64,000 bases of DNA from Utricularia gibba. Its lineage: Eukaryota; Plantae; Magnoliophyta. Numbering within the stretch: the first letter of the stretch is position 1; each line of letters starts with the position of its first letter. The stretch is from assembly GCA_002189035.1 (NCBI GenBank), contig CM007990.1:1116001-1180000 (forward strand), in the 5' to 3' direction. The translations under genes were made by a program, and so were the position numbers. Under the pieces are notes generated by a model. The model had not been told where the DNA came from, did not search any database, and worked only from the letters and a program-made list of their open reading frames with translations. This document shows, in pieces, positions 1-10,995 of the stretch.

Positions 1-3000
1 ACTAAGCATTCATGCTCCTGATACACCAGATAATGTCACACAAATACCAAGCATGAAAGAAAATATATATAAACATGAGTGAACGTCAAGGCAATCTGTG
101 GAATTTGCTAACTTCAAGTCACTAAATAAATTCAACACAACACGAATAAGAAAAAAAAATGAAAGAGAATGAATCACCTTATAATGTGTGAGTAAACCGT
201 TCCAAAGAGGTTGTTTACTCAAAACTTTAGGATTTCCCAATATTACGATGCCATATCGGGCCCGTGTGAGAGCAACATTGAGCCGACGTGGGTCATTAAG
301 GAAGCCAATTCCCTGTATAAAAATAATATGTAATAGACAAGTTAATACGACATAATTTTGAAGCACACCATCACTGCAAAAAATAGTTAAACAAGAGATA
401 TAGGCCAGAAACCTGATGCTCATTACTCCTCACACAGGACAAGATGATGTAGTCCTTCTCCCTTCCCTGGAAGGAATCAACACTAGCAACCTGAAGGAAA
501 CATTATGGCATTAGATATCTGGGGACTGCGGAGGTGTCAACGACCCAAATTAAAAGTGTCACCCTACCTCAATTTCCTTGTACAATTGCTGCCGCAAGGC
601 ACCATTTCTAGACATGTAGTTTACAATGTATGCCCTCTGGCCCTCATATGGCGTTATAACACCAATCTGCATGATGCAATCATGCGAATAAAAAAAATTA
701 AAATTTAAAATATCTTATTGAGATCATTGAACATGAGTTATCTTCCGCAGAACCTGACTAGGAACAACCCCGCTTTTCAAAAACGTTGTAACAATTTTCT
801 CAACATTTGCTGCCTCAGTTCTGTTCAAATATGATGTTCCACTAGCACTTATCTCCTCTTGCCCCATCTGCACAGACAAAAATCAAACAAGAAAAGGTAT
901 AAGCCCAAGTATATAATAGAAAACAAGTTATTACACAAGTCTTTTCATTTGAAAAACAATAATTGTCTTGACAATTGGTTACAAAAAATGCTCCATCTGC
1001 CTTATTCAGCATCTACACATGATCCCACTGAAAGAGTAGTTTTTCCCATATTTTGACATACCTGTACATAGAAAAACTTGGGTCGGCTTGGGACTGGCCA
1101 TGGAAAGTCAATTCCAGGAGACTGTCGTTCGTTCACTGTCACCCCATTCTGTAGAGTGCCTTCATAAAAGCTGTTTGAAGGAAACTCTGAAAGAGCAGGG
1201 TGCATCCTGTATTGCACCTGAAATGTAAATATATTAGCGCAGTTAACTTGAAAGAGAATGGAGAAAAGAATCCTGGCTAAAAAAATATCAAGAGAGAAAT
1301 TCAGGACTGGATATAAAACTTCAGATCTGAGGATGTGAACTGGATGAAGAAACAAAGATTCAACAAAGAAGCTGGAAATACACAAGAAGACATTCTTGAG
1401 ATTTTCTCGGTTTTTCAATACACAGCCTGGTGATTAAAATTTCCTGAAAAATAAAACAGAAAAAATCACCTGCAGTCTAATGGGTTTTACTCCAAGAAGA
1501 ACAAGTCGCTCAAACAGAGATTGTGCCAGGCCGGCTCGAGCAGCTTTCTTGCACATGATAACAGGACCAAGTTGGCAATGGTCTCCAACGAGAACGACCT
1601 AAAAAAATTCAATTTATTAAGAGTTAAAATGGCACTTCCAACAATAGTGCAGATGCCGTTCTACTGCTTACCTGCTTAGCTCCAAGAACAAGGGGAATAA
1701 GACACTCAGGTTCTGTTGCTTGAGTGGATTCATCAATTAGGACCTACAAATATTATAAAAGTAGCATTTGAAATGAGTGAGCAATGCGAATAAGTACTCC
1801 AAAATACAAGAAAATAAAGTAGCAATCTTTATCAACCAAATAAGGATGAAAATAAAGCACAAAAAATCTCTGAAAAATGAAAATATCCTGAGCAGACACG
1901 GCATCTGTCTTATAGACAATTACCTGGCGAAACCTGAAATTTGATAACCGAGGATCTCCAGCACCGACACAAGTACAGCATATAACATCAGCACTTTGAG
2001 AGATCTCCCTTTCAGTAGCTCGCTTGAGTGCCTTATATTTCTTCTCATCACTACTAGACAATTCACCTTCAATTTAACAAAAAATTAGCTGATTCATGAT
2101 TGAGCCCGCTCGAGCAGAAATCATGGAACAAACAGTCATTTTTATTGTTTTCCAAAGATGGGTGTTTCCTTTTATGAAAAAAAAAACAGTAATGGGCTAT
2201 AGAATAAAGAATACTCGTAAGAAACAGGAACATAAATTGTTTCAACTCCGAAAATTCAAAACTTTTGAAAAGAGAAAATTCACTACAGAAAACAGCAAGA
2301 AAGTGCATGCCTTGTTCATCTTTGAGCTGCTGTAACTTGTGAAGCTCACTTTTTTCAGATGTATCCAGATGTCTAACCTGTCAGAAGTGACAATGAAGTA
2401 TTTATTAGTTCACAAAATATACCTTACGTTTGACACGTGCGTCCAGGATTTTAAAAAAATGGCAATAAAAGAAACCTGATAATGTAGAGTTAAATGCTCG
2501 ACGGGGGAACTGACAGCCTCTCTTGATTTCGCACACAGTCTCACAACCTTATCATGATATGGCAAACAAATGAGTATTTGGCTAGGTGTTGAAGGGGAGA
2601 TCAGACAGATTTTTACAGCAGATGCCACAGATACAGTCAACACATATGGGGGAGAAAGAGCATGGGGTACATAATGCTGCTTATTCGTGAGTATTTGGCG
2701 AGGTGATGACAAGTTGGCTGGACAGATTAAGAACAGTAAAACTGGATAAAAATGAACTAATTGAAGAATGAGTGAATGATAACCCCTCAACAAAAATAAA
2801 CCATTATAACGGTTGACTCAGAACAATTAGATATCAAAACAAACCTTCAAGCCAGTGGTGCTTATCTTTTCAGCTAGCTGGTCCACGGCTACATTACTTG
2901 GAGCACAAACCAAAACCTGAAATGCGATACAAACAGATGTCAGCAACAAATGTGCCAAAAATATTACGCATTCAAACGACATGAACCATTCAACCTGCCC

Positions 3001-5895
3001 TTGACCCTGTTTTGCCATGTGATAAACAATAGCTGCTGAGGTGACAGTTTTCCCAGTTCCGGGTGGACCTTGAATGAGACTAATAGGCTTTTGCAGAACA
3101 CTCTTGACAGCAAAAACCTACAAACATTTTCAGGACAGTAAAATCTAAGCAACATACAGCATATAAATAGATAACATGTGACACTGTCATATTCCAATTT
3201 CAAGTATAAAATGAGTTCACTTAATTCTGATCTTTCAAACTGGGCAACCCCTAAGAAGTTAGTAATATTACACTCTAATACAGCATGGTACCTGAGATGC
3301 ATTGAGCTCAGGGAGGCCAGGAGCACCAAAGCGTCGAGGTAACATATTACGAACCAACTGCATCTCAACTTCATGCCCAAGAAGATGATGATATATGTAC
3401 CTGCATATAAATAAAACAGTCAACGTGTAACCAACGCCATTTGAAGCTTCTAAATCAAGTTCTTCTGTAAAAAAAAAACTTGCAGTATAGGCCCAAATCA
3501 ATCAGAAAACCGGTGTTAAGCCACTAAGTCAAATACACACTACACCAAAAAGCAAAGAAGTCTTCATTAAAAATATTTTCAAGATACTGCAATTCCTGTC
3601 AAATGAAAGTTCACTAAAATACATGAGGATCCAGATTGCTAGTAGCCGCGCTCAGATAGTACTGCATAAAGTGTTAGTAATGGACTTTATCTTAGTTGCT
3701 AATGATAAACCTTCACTCACCCACTGACACTGGTTTCATCCACAGCAAATGTTTTCATGGCTCCCTGCATTCGATCAAAGCTTGTGCTCTTCCAAACAAA
3801 ATCAACACTGAAACCATGGCTGACGTCCACTGGAACATCCTGCTAGGGCCGATTGAATAAACATGTGCATTATTTTGATTATTTATTTCTCATAATTGCA
3901 GTATATAAAGTTTTTCGACAAAACCAAGAAATATGGCATAAATAACCGGAGATACCTGATTCGCCCCAAGCTCAAGAGCAACCTCCTCTTGTGCAGTCAA
4001 TTTTATCTGAGAAGCATAAACAAATCTTTATGGTTGGCATGAGAAACTATATCATCTCCTTTTCTCAGAGTTCATAGGTTAGAACTTCAGATGACATACC
4101 ACATGACCCACAGACTGCCATGGAGGATGAGCAGCATCACCTGAATAACGTAGACGCAGTTCATCACCAGGAACAAGACGTAACTCATTATCTTCCTACA
4201 TGGAACAGGAACTCTTCATATGAAGAAAATGATTTTCTTAATGCAAGATAAGAAGAAGGCAACTTACTTTTGGAAACACAAAATAAGCAACTCGCTTCTT
4301 ATTAAGACCTACATCCCAGCGTATTGTAATGCTATCTTTGCTTTGCGACTCTTTCATCATCTACCAAAATCATGAGTCAGAATCCTTCTACGAACAAAAT
4401 CCAGTAGGAATATTTGAAATGGAAGGGTAGCCTCAGCCATCGTTTGCAAAATACCTTATCGTAATCTGCTTCAAGTTTGATGAGTGGAGCAAAGACATTT
4501 TGGTACTGGACAGAAGAAAACGACTCAACACAGGCTACCATTGAAACCTTAATGAATTGGCATGATCGCAATAAGTCTTCAAAAAGTGAACCTGATATGC
4601 ATCTTCATATTTTACAGCTACGGGCTGGGGCTCATCATCCACACCAGGTTTCTCAAGATCCTCCAATGAGGCATCAGGGTTCGTCTTCCAAAGCTCTTCA
4701 ATTTTGTTAATCTGCTGCGCACTGATTTGCCGTGCCCTCAACTGTTCTTGTTCGGATGGAACCTACTTAACAGCCGAAACGCTCAAGAAAAATGATATAC
4801 GGTGAAAAATATCATTGCGTAAGCTATGAAATAGAAACAAACCTTGAGTAACCACTGCAGGAAACATCTATCATCTATCAGCGGGCACCATTCACTGAGG
4901 TCCCAGTTCATATCCTTTAATGCATTCACGCTAAGGCATGGTTCACGGCAGAGCAGAACAACTACACTTTCTGTCTTGGCAGATATAAAACCGAGAAGAA
5001 AAACATTTCTACATCCACAATTATAACACTCCAGAATGGTTTCGCCAAGGGGGCTGTCCTTGTGCAGACAAACTTCCTTGTGCTTTGCTCTCACCTGAAA
5101 AGTGAAGCGGAAAAAGGATAAAAATACGAAGGCTATAAATCCACATGTCAAAAGAAGGACAAAAACATTTTCCTTCTTCGTAGGAATGTTCAGATCAATT
5201 ACACTTTGGAAAAACGAGCCTAGCACATAAAATAGTGCCTAAATGGAAGTAAAAAAAATGATAATATCTAGAAAGTGGAGTCAAAGAAGCAATCAAGAGT
5301 ACTGGAGCTACTTTCGGTGAAATGCGCATATAAGATTAACATCGTTTTTCCTCAAACTTCCCCACTAGCACGCAGAGAATACGCTCCTCGCTACTTACCA
5401 GATGATTGACGATGTGAGAACCAGAAGTATTGCCTCTAGAATTACAGAACCATTTCCTACACGACGGTACATTGCATCTGATGACGCATGCTGGGTTCGC
5501 AACCCCGCAATACCGGCAAGCATGCTCACTGGAGTTCCCCTTACCATACTCGAACACCTCATCATCCCCCCAGTGTCTTCAAAACTGAGACCGCTCATCC
5601 CGGCGGCCAAACTATCTACCACCCCAGTCTCTTTTGTGTTATTGTTGGCTCCAGCTCCTATACTCGCCCCACGCGTTTTCGATTCCGAGGGCGTAGGCGC
5701 CTCCGAGGCGGACATAGAATCAGCGGGCGTCGGCCAAACGGATTTCGGCGATCGAATCGGCTGTGAAAGCTCATGAAACTCGGGATAACCGAAGTCTTCC
5801 TCCCCTGGCCCATCGAATTCAAGGAATGTGTACGCATCGTTCCCAGTGTCCGGCTGGGATGCCGTCTCGTAAAGAATGTTCTCCTGAGAATCCAT
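1..5895 (-). CDS. UPF1: Regulator of nonsense transcripts 1 (SF1 RNA helicase), multi-exon, 3' part runs off the window start
   Basis: Spliced exons give [27 protein letters not shown], the CH zinc domain (HACRYCG...CRKWFCN...ECYNCGCRN), Walker A GPPGTGKT (about 3050-3075), the [11 protein letters not shown] motif (about 1710-1740), [10 protein letters not shown] and [11 protein letters not shown]. One apparent -1 frameshift at the C-run 5566-5571; one GC-AG intron at 2067-2310. Confidence 0.97.
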
Positions 5896-5947
5896 GACCG
5901 TGTCAGATCACGAAATCGAAGAGACTTCCGCAACGATCACAGGGAAA

Positions 5948-6179
5948 TTAGGGTTAGGGTTTAAAAATCCGAATATGTAAGCAGTTCAAAGCGTATACAT
6001 TTGGCAGTTATGATGTTTCGAGATGTTTATAACCCTAATCCCCAATGTACGTATTTGGGTGTTAAAACCCTAATCCTGGGATTAATTGTGATTAATTAAA
6101 CAAGGATTATTTTATTTAGCTTAATGTGAAGAAAACGTTCGGCCCATTATGAAAGAAAGCGGCCCATCCTGGTTGGGCC
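5948..6179. promoter_or_regulatory. Telo-box plus site II module in the UPF1 promoter/5' region
   Basis: TTAGGGTTAGGGTTT at 5948-5962, AACCCTAAT at 6031, AAACCCTAAT at 6065, GGCCCA at 6141 and 6161, TGGGCC at 6174. This motif pairing is typical of plant translation and RNA-metabolism genes. Confidence 0.6.
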
Positions 6180-6322
6180 GATAATAAAATAGGGCTCGGT
6201 TCAAGCTCACATCGAATTACTAAATTATTTTTTCTTTTTTTTTGTTACTAGGAAATGCAGGACATTAGTGATCAGTAGGCCCCACTCTTGCCAGGTCATC
6301 AGTGGCACTCAGGGGAGTGGTG

Positions 6323-6916
6323 TCATTTTGCAGTTTGCTGGGTAATCGGATCGGAGGAATACGCCGCTTCGGCAACCGCGGCTAATTTCTGCAGATTCAG
6401 TTTGACCACCGTATCGAGGAACAGACGCGTATCCTCCTCCGTGTTCCCCTCCGGCACATCCACCTCGTACGACTCCAACACCACAGTCGTACGGCCGTCT
6501 GCGATCTCGTGTACGGACGTCACCGATCTGTAGTTCCTCAGTCGGTGCTGGCCTCCGATGATGCTGAATCCGGTCACGCGGTTCTCATCGTCCATCAGAT
6601 CTAGCCTCTCCGTACTGGTCTCAGCCGGAAGCCCCGACACGACGGTGACGTCGCGGAGGTCGCCGATCTTGAGGCTGAAATCGGATCTGACGGCGCAGCT
6701 TTTGATGAAATTCTTGTAGCCGTTAGGCTTGTCGAATCTGCGCACTATTCTCCAGACGTGCTCCGGTGGCGCGGAGATGCGTTGCGCCAGGAGGGAGGAG
6801 CACTGACCTAGCTTCGATTCGTAGATGTGAAATTCGGCTACTGACGATTTTATACCTTCGAACTCCTCCTCCGATACGCCAACCGGCGGCACGAGACCGC
6901 TCGCCGTCGAAGTCAT
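6323..6916 (-). CDS. PYL1: Abscisic acid receptor, PYR1/PYL1 subfamily (START/Bet v1 fold), single exon, 197 aa
   Basis: SGLPA gate, HRL latch, YKNFIKSC, STERL and VVLESY, plus a PYR1-like N-terminus (AEFHIY...CSSLLAQRISAP). Confidence 0.93.
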   Translation of the reverse strand: MTSTASGLVPPVGVSEEEFEGIKSSVAEFHIYESKLGQCSSLLAQRISAPPEHVWRIVRRFDKPNGYKNFIKSCAVRSDFSLKIGDLRDVTVVSGLPAETSTERLDLMDDENRVTGFSIIGGQHRLRNYRSVTSVHEIADGRTTVVLESYEVDVPEGNTEEDTRLFLDTVVKLNLQKLAAVAEAAYSSDPITQQTAK

Positions 6917-7460
6917 CCGATCCCGCCTGGACTACAGCAGCAAGAGTACAGAGGCAACAGTTCTCGGAATGAAAAAAAATATGCATACAGACGAGAACCT
7001 GACAGGCTACCTCACCTTCGCCCTTCACGCCGCTTGATGATTGGATTGGCGGTTTCCTTTTGGGATACGGCGGTGGTTGATAAGGTATATGGAAATTCCA
7101 TCACGATTCGAAGCCTGCATATTTTATTTGCTGGAACAAGCATGGGAGTACACGTACATGCACTTGAATTTATTATTTTTAACTTATTGTAAATATTTTA
7201 TTTAATTGTATTTTAATTCTAATAAACAGGGAAAATGCACTGTCCTCTGGGTTGCAGTTCAGTGGCTAGAGGAATTCATAGCTCTGTAACAAATCTAATG
7301 ATCCATGAATTGCTGGAGAAGGTGACATACAATACTCTGAAAGACTTGCTTCAACTACCGGAATTACATCAGTTGCTAGATCACAAATTGTAAACAGGAA
7401 AGGAGGCACAGAAGAGGCATGATTGCATTACCCAGAAATGGCAACAACTGTGCTGTGCAG

Positions 7461-8591
7461 CTACTGATTCCTCCATCTAGGACTGGATATGGGGAAAAAA
7501 CCTGAAGGAGACAATACAGCAAAACCGTAACCTGGGGATGGAGGTGCACGGGATGGTGTTCCCAAGACACCGGATTGGCCTAGAGATGAAAATGAGAAGC
7601 TAGGTGAAAGCAGGGGAGGAAACCCTCCTGGAGAAAGCAATGGATATGGTGATCTAGGAGACAGGACATTCCAGAACCCTGTAGGTGAACTTGGAGGAAA
7701 CTGTGAAGTTGGAGATGGTAAAAATGGAGGTGCATTTGGGCCTGGCGAGGCAAGAGCAGGTACGAAGGATGATGCTGGAATGGGTGCAGGAGTAGTATTT
7801 GGAGGTCCATTTACCTGAGGAGCAGGGGGAGCCGGAGGAGGGGCATTGAGCCTAGGCGAAGGAAGGGATGAGGGTAGTCCATTAGCTCTCGGCATCGGGA
7901 ACTGCGGCATCCCAGGAGCAGGAACCACGGAAGCTTGATGGTAGCTCATATTCTGTGGAACTTGAGCTTGCATGCTACCCTGAGGTTGCCTCGGAGAAGA
8001 ATTCATGATGGAATGAAGATACCTCGTGTAGACAGAAATCGGAGACTCAGCCGTGTTTGTCCAAACATCAGTGGGGGTTGGTGGAAGCCCTATTCCAGGC
8101 GAAGCCTGTTCAGGTTGAGCTGGAGGAGGTCTCAAAAAGGGAGGCTGTGGTTGCGAATTCGGATGCAGAACTGGCTGTGCCTGAGGCTGTGCAATTGGAC
8201 GCGGAAGTGGCTGCGGCGCCGCAGGGAGAGGAGCCATTGCCGGATAATGATGCACAGGAACATGAGGCCGGTGCGTAGGAGCCAAGGGAGGTGGTCGAAT
8301 TCTCTGTAACCGGTTATTCGGTGGCCTTGGAGTGTTCTGCGGAGGCCTAGAAGGAGCATCCCGCAACGGTGAGCCAGTCAGCTGCTGAACCAATTCCCGG
8401 AAATCGTTCTTATTAATATTGTAAACATGCGGCTGCGGCGGCGGCGGCGGCGGCGGCGGCTGTGGCTGCGGCTGAGGCTGCTGCCTGCTGGAACCAGCAA
8501 ACTGTGGCTGATGAATAGGGCTTTTCCTAATGTTCCTTCCCATCTTATTCACACCAAGATAATCAGCTTGCCGAGACTGAAACGGATCCAT
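7461..8591 (-). CDS. IKU1: VQ-motif, proline-rich protein, HAIKU1-like, single exon, 376 aa
   Basis: FRELVQQLTG VQ motif. N-terminal LGVNKMGRNIRKSP, internal WTNTAESPIS and C-terminal SPSGFFPISSPRW resemble Arabidopsis IKU1/VQ14 as recalled. Confidence 0.85.
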   Translation of the reverse strand: MDPFQSRQADYLGVNKMGRNIRKSPIHQPQFAGSSRQQPQPQPQPPPPPPPPQPHVYNINKNDFRELVQQLTGSPLRDAPSRPPQNTPRPPNNRLQRIRPPPLAPTHRPHVPVHHYPAMAPLPAAPQPLPRPIAQPQAQPVLHPNSQPQPPFLRPPPAQPEQASPGIGLPPTPTDVWTNTAESPISVYTRYLHSIMNSSPRQPQGSMQAQVPQNMSYHQASVVPAPGMPQFPMPRANGLPSSLPSPRLNAPPPAPPAPQVNGPPNTTPAPIPASSFVPALASPGPNAPPFLPSPTSQFPPSSPTGFWNVLSPRSPYPLLSPGGFPPLLSPSFSFSSLGQSGVLGTPSRAPPSPGYGFAVLSPSGFFPISSPRWRNQ

Positions 8592-10500
8592 TCTCCCCTA
8601 ATCACAACTCAAATTTTCCCTAATCAAAACCGCCACATCCTTCAATCAAACCCGCAAACATACCAAATTCTCAAAAATCTCCAGCACCAGAATCCAATTC
8701 GTCTACTGTTGCTCGAGAACCCAATTCTTGTACCATTCCCGGAACCCTAATACTCCATAACCGCACCGCGAAATTCACAAATCAAGACTACCTCAACGGC
8801 ACACGCGAACTCAGAAGAGAAGAATCAACTCCCTCGCAGCCGCGCTGACTGATTCTCCTCTCCGACAGCTGGTATCTGAAGACCCCCCAACAACAGTGGA
8901 ACCAACACAAAGCACTTGAAATCCGTAATCGCCCGGTCAACGGAATTTGTCCAGTGGATGCGGGAAGCACGAAACCACACGACGGCCCGGAAATGAAACC
9001 GAAATTCCTTGCCGTGACAGGATTGATGTCTACCCTCCGGCTCGCGCTCGACCGTACAACCAAAATGCACAGAAATGAAAAATCAGCGTTACGTATAGGC
9101 TTTTGTTTCAAAGGATGACTATCCATTTTTCAATTTTTAAAAAACCATGATGGTGGTGATTTTGTTGTTAAACCCCAAATTAATTGGTACACATCTACAT
9201 ATCAGAACAAACGATGAGAAATGAAAATAAAATAATAAATTATATAAGAGATTATCGATTATTAATAATTAATTAGACTTAATTTTGTTAACATAATTTA
9301 TATTTTTTATGTATTTGAGTATCACATATACTTATTCAATCTATTTTATCCTAAATTTTAATACTACATACTTAATCTTTAACCACATATTAATTATATA
9401 TTTGGTTGATAAGTTTGAATGGATATAAATTGTATTTTATATGTTTCGTACAAAAATTTATTAAATCCTTATAAACAAACATGAAATTTACCTTATACAA
9501 TAAAAAAATTAATTTGTAATTGGAATTTGGGTAAAAATATTTAATTTCAATTAAATTTGCACATAATCCTTAATAAACTAAATCATTTCATTTTCTTACT
9601 TTGAACCAAACATGGCCTAATCGTGTTTAAAATTTGAATAGTAAATCATTTGTAATACTAATTAAATTAATCTTAATTTTTTTTAAAATATAAAAATGAA
9701 ACTTAATTCAATGGTTTCTTTTAAATAATTATTTAATTATTTTTGGATTTTCGCATTTCCGAAAACGCGGGAAAATACTTTAATTTATTTGGATTTTGGA
9801 ACGCGTGATGATACTTAGCCGCATAATTACTGCCTGAACAGAGTTGTTAGGCATCCTTCACTCCGCATCTCGATTGCTGTTGTTCGGTAATGGGGTTGCT
9901 GGATTTCAGGTTCCGGAGGTGGCGCCAAAGGTCGGTGATTTTTATCTCTCGAAGTCTGAAGAATTTGAATTGGTACGATTTGCGCACCCGTTGCTTTTTC
10001 CATGTTCGGTTTTCGGGATTTACTTTCTAGGGTGAGTGTGGAATTGGGGGATTTGTTGTTCACCGTGCCATGTAGAAAGGTGGACGATTTGCGTCTTTTT
10101 TTGGTGATTAATCTTCCCCCACTAAGATGTCCTTCATTAAAAATGGGAACTTTGAGCTTGGATTGGAGATTTTGAAGACTGTGTTGCATTTTTGGAAACT
10201 TTTTTTTTGCAGAAAGATATCAAGTGGGCCGAAAATACAAAATAATGTGGATTAGGTTGTGGCGTTAGTTGCTTTGTTACTGTAATCAGAATTCTTGGAG
10301 TTCCATGTACCCTGCCGTCTATTCTCTTTATGTAAAATGCAGTGATGGGGTAATCAGTTTATCAGACTCTGTGCATTATTTTCAAATTGGGTAGAGCTGC
10401 TTTTCCTCTGCTGCTTATTCCTGTTTATCCGACTCCTGTAGATCGATTTCTTTTCCACAGATGATGAATTGAAGCGAAGCATTATCCATCATTTAGCAAT

Positions 10501-10995
10501 ATGGACCATGGAATCTGTGCTGATAAGGTTAATCTGGACACTCTTGTGTCGCATCACGAAGGAAATGAAGCCTCTGTTGATCTTCTGGCCCGTCGTGTCA
10601 AGAACCGTGAAAGGCAACGCAGATACCGTGCTCGCAAACGTCAGGAAGCTGATCTTAAAAAGGCAACAACCATTCATGGAACAGCATCCCCACATCTTGT
10701 AATAGCTTCTGAGTTGCAGCCTGTCCCCCTTGAACCTGATAGCTCTTTACCTCTAACCAGCTCTGATTCCCTCACCCGGGTTTACAGCCCCCGGAACTGG
10801 AAGAAAGATGCCAGAAGAGGCGCTCGTTGCTCTCCCGATGGCAATGAAACGCCTGCTCCTGGTGCTGTTTGCCATGATCAGCTAACCAGTCATTCTAACA
10901 CGCCCTTATCAGCCATTGGGACAACACGATGCTTATTACCAAGCAGGAGGCATTGGAAAGCTGAGGCCCGAAACAAGAAACTTGAAACAGAGTAA
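10501..10995 (+). CDS. Uncharacterised 164-aa basic protein (bZIP-like basic region without zipper; two RxWKxxAR motifs)
   Basis: Open ORF just downstream of a splice acceptor (TTTTCCACAG ending at 10460) and a probable 5' UTR exon at about 9830-10031. Contains RRVKNRERQRRYRARKR, RNWKKDARR and RHWKAEARNK. Confidence 0.75.
   Translation: MDHGICADKVNLDTLVSHHEGNEASVDLLARRVKNRERQRRYRARKRQEADLKKATTIHGTASPHLVIASELQPVPLEPDSSLPLTSSDSLTRVYSPRNWKKDARRGARCSPDGNETPAPGAVCHDQLTSHSNTPLSAIGTTRCLLPSRRHWKAEARNKKLETE

Noticed and set aside
5560-5575. Programmed -1 ribosomal frameshift in UPF1
   Set aside because: It is not an X XXY YYZ slippery heptamer in the right phase, and the same -1 run deficit recurs in unrelated genes.
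8427-8750. Arg-rich plus-strand ORF and other antisense ORFs over IKU1, MYC2, the CRKs and PMT18
   Set aside because: These are shadows of GC-rich or low-complexity coding sequence on the opposite strand.
9606-9620. CCAAACATGGCC-TAA, a Tourist-like right terminus (a similar weak candidate lies at about 47773-48015)
   Set aside because: A matching left TIR and TSD could not be located with confidence.
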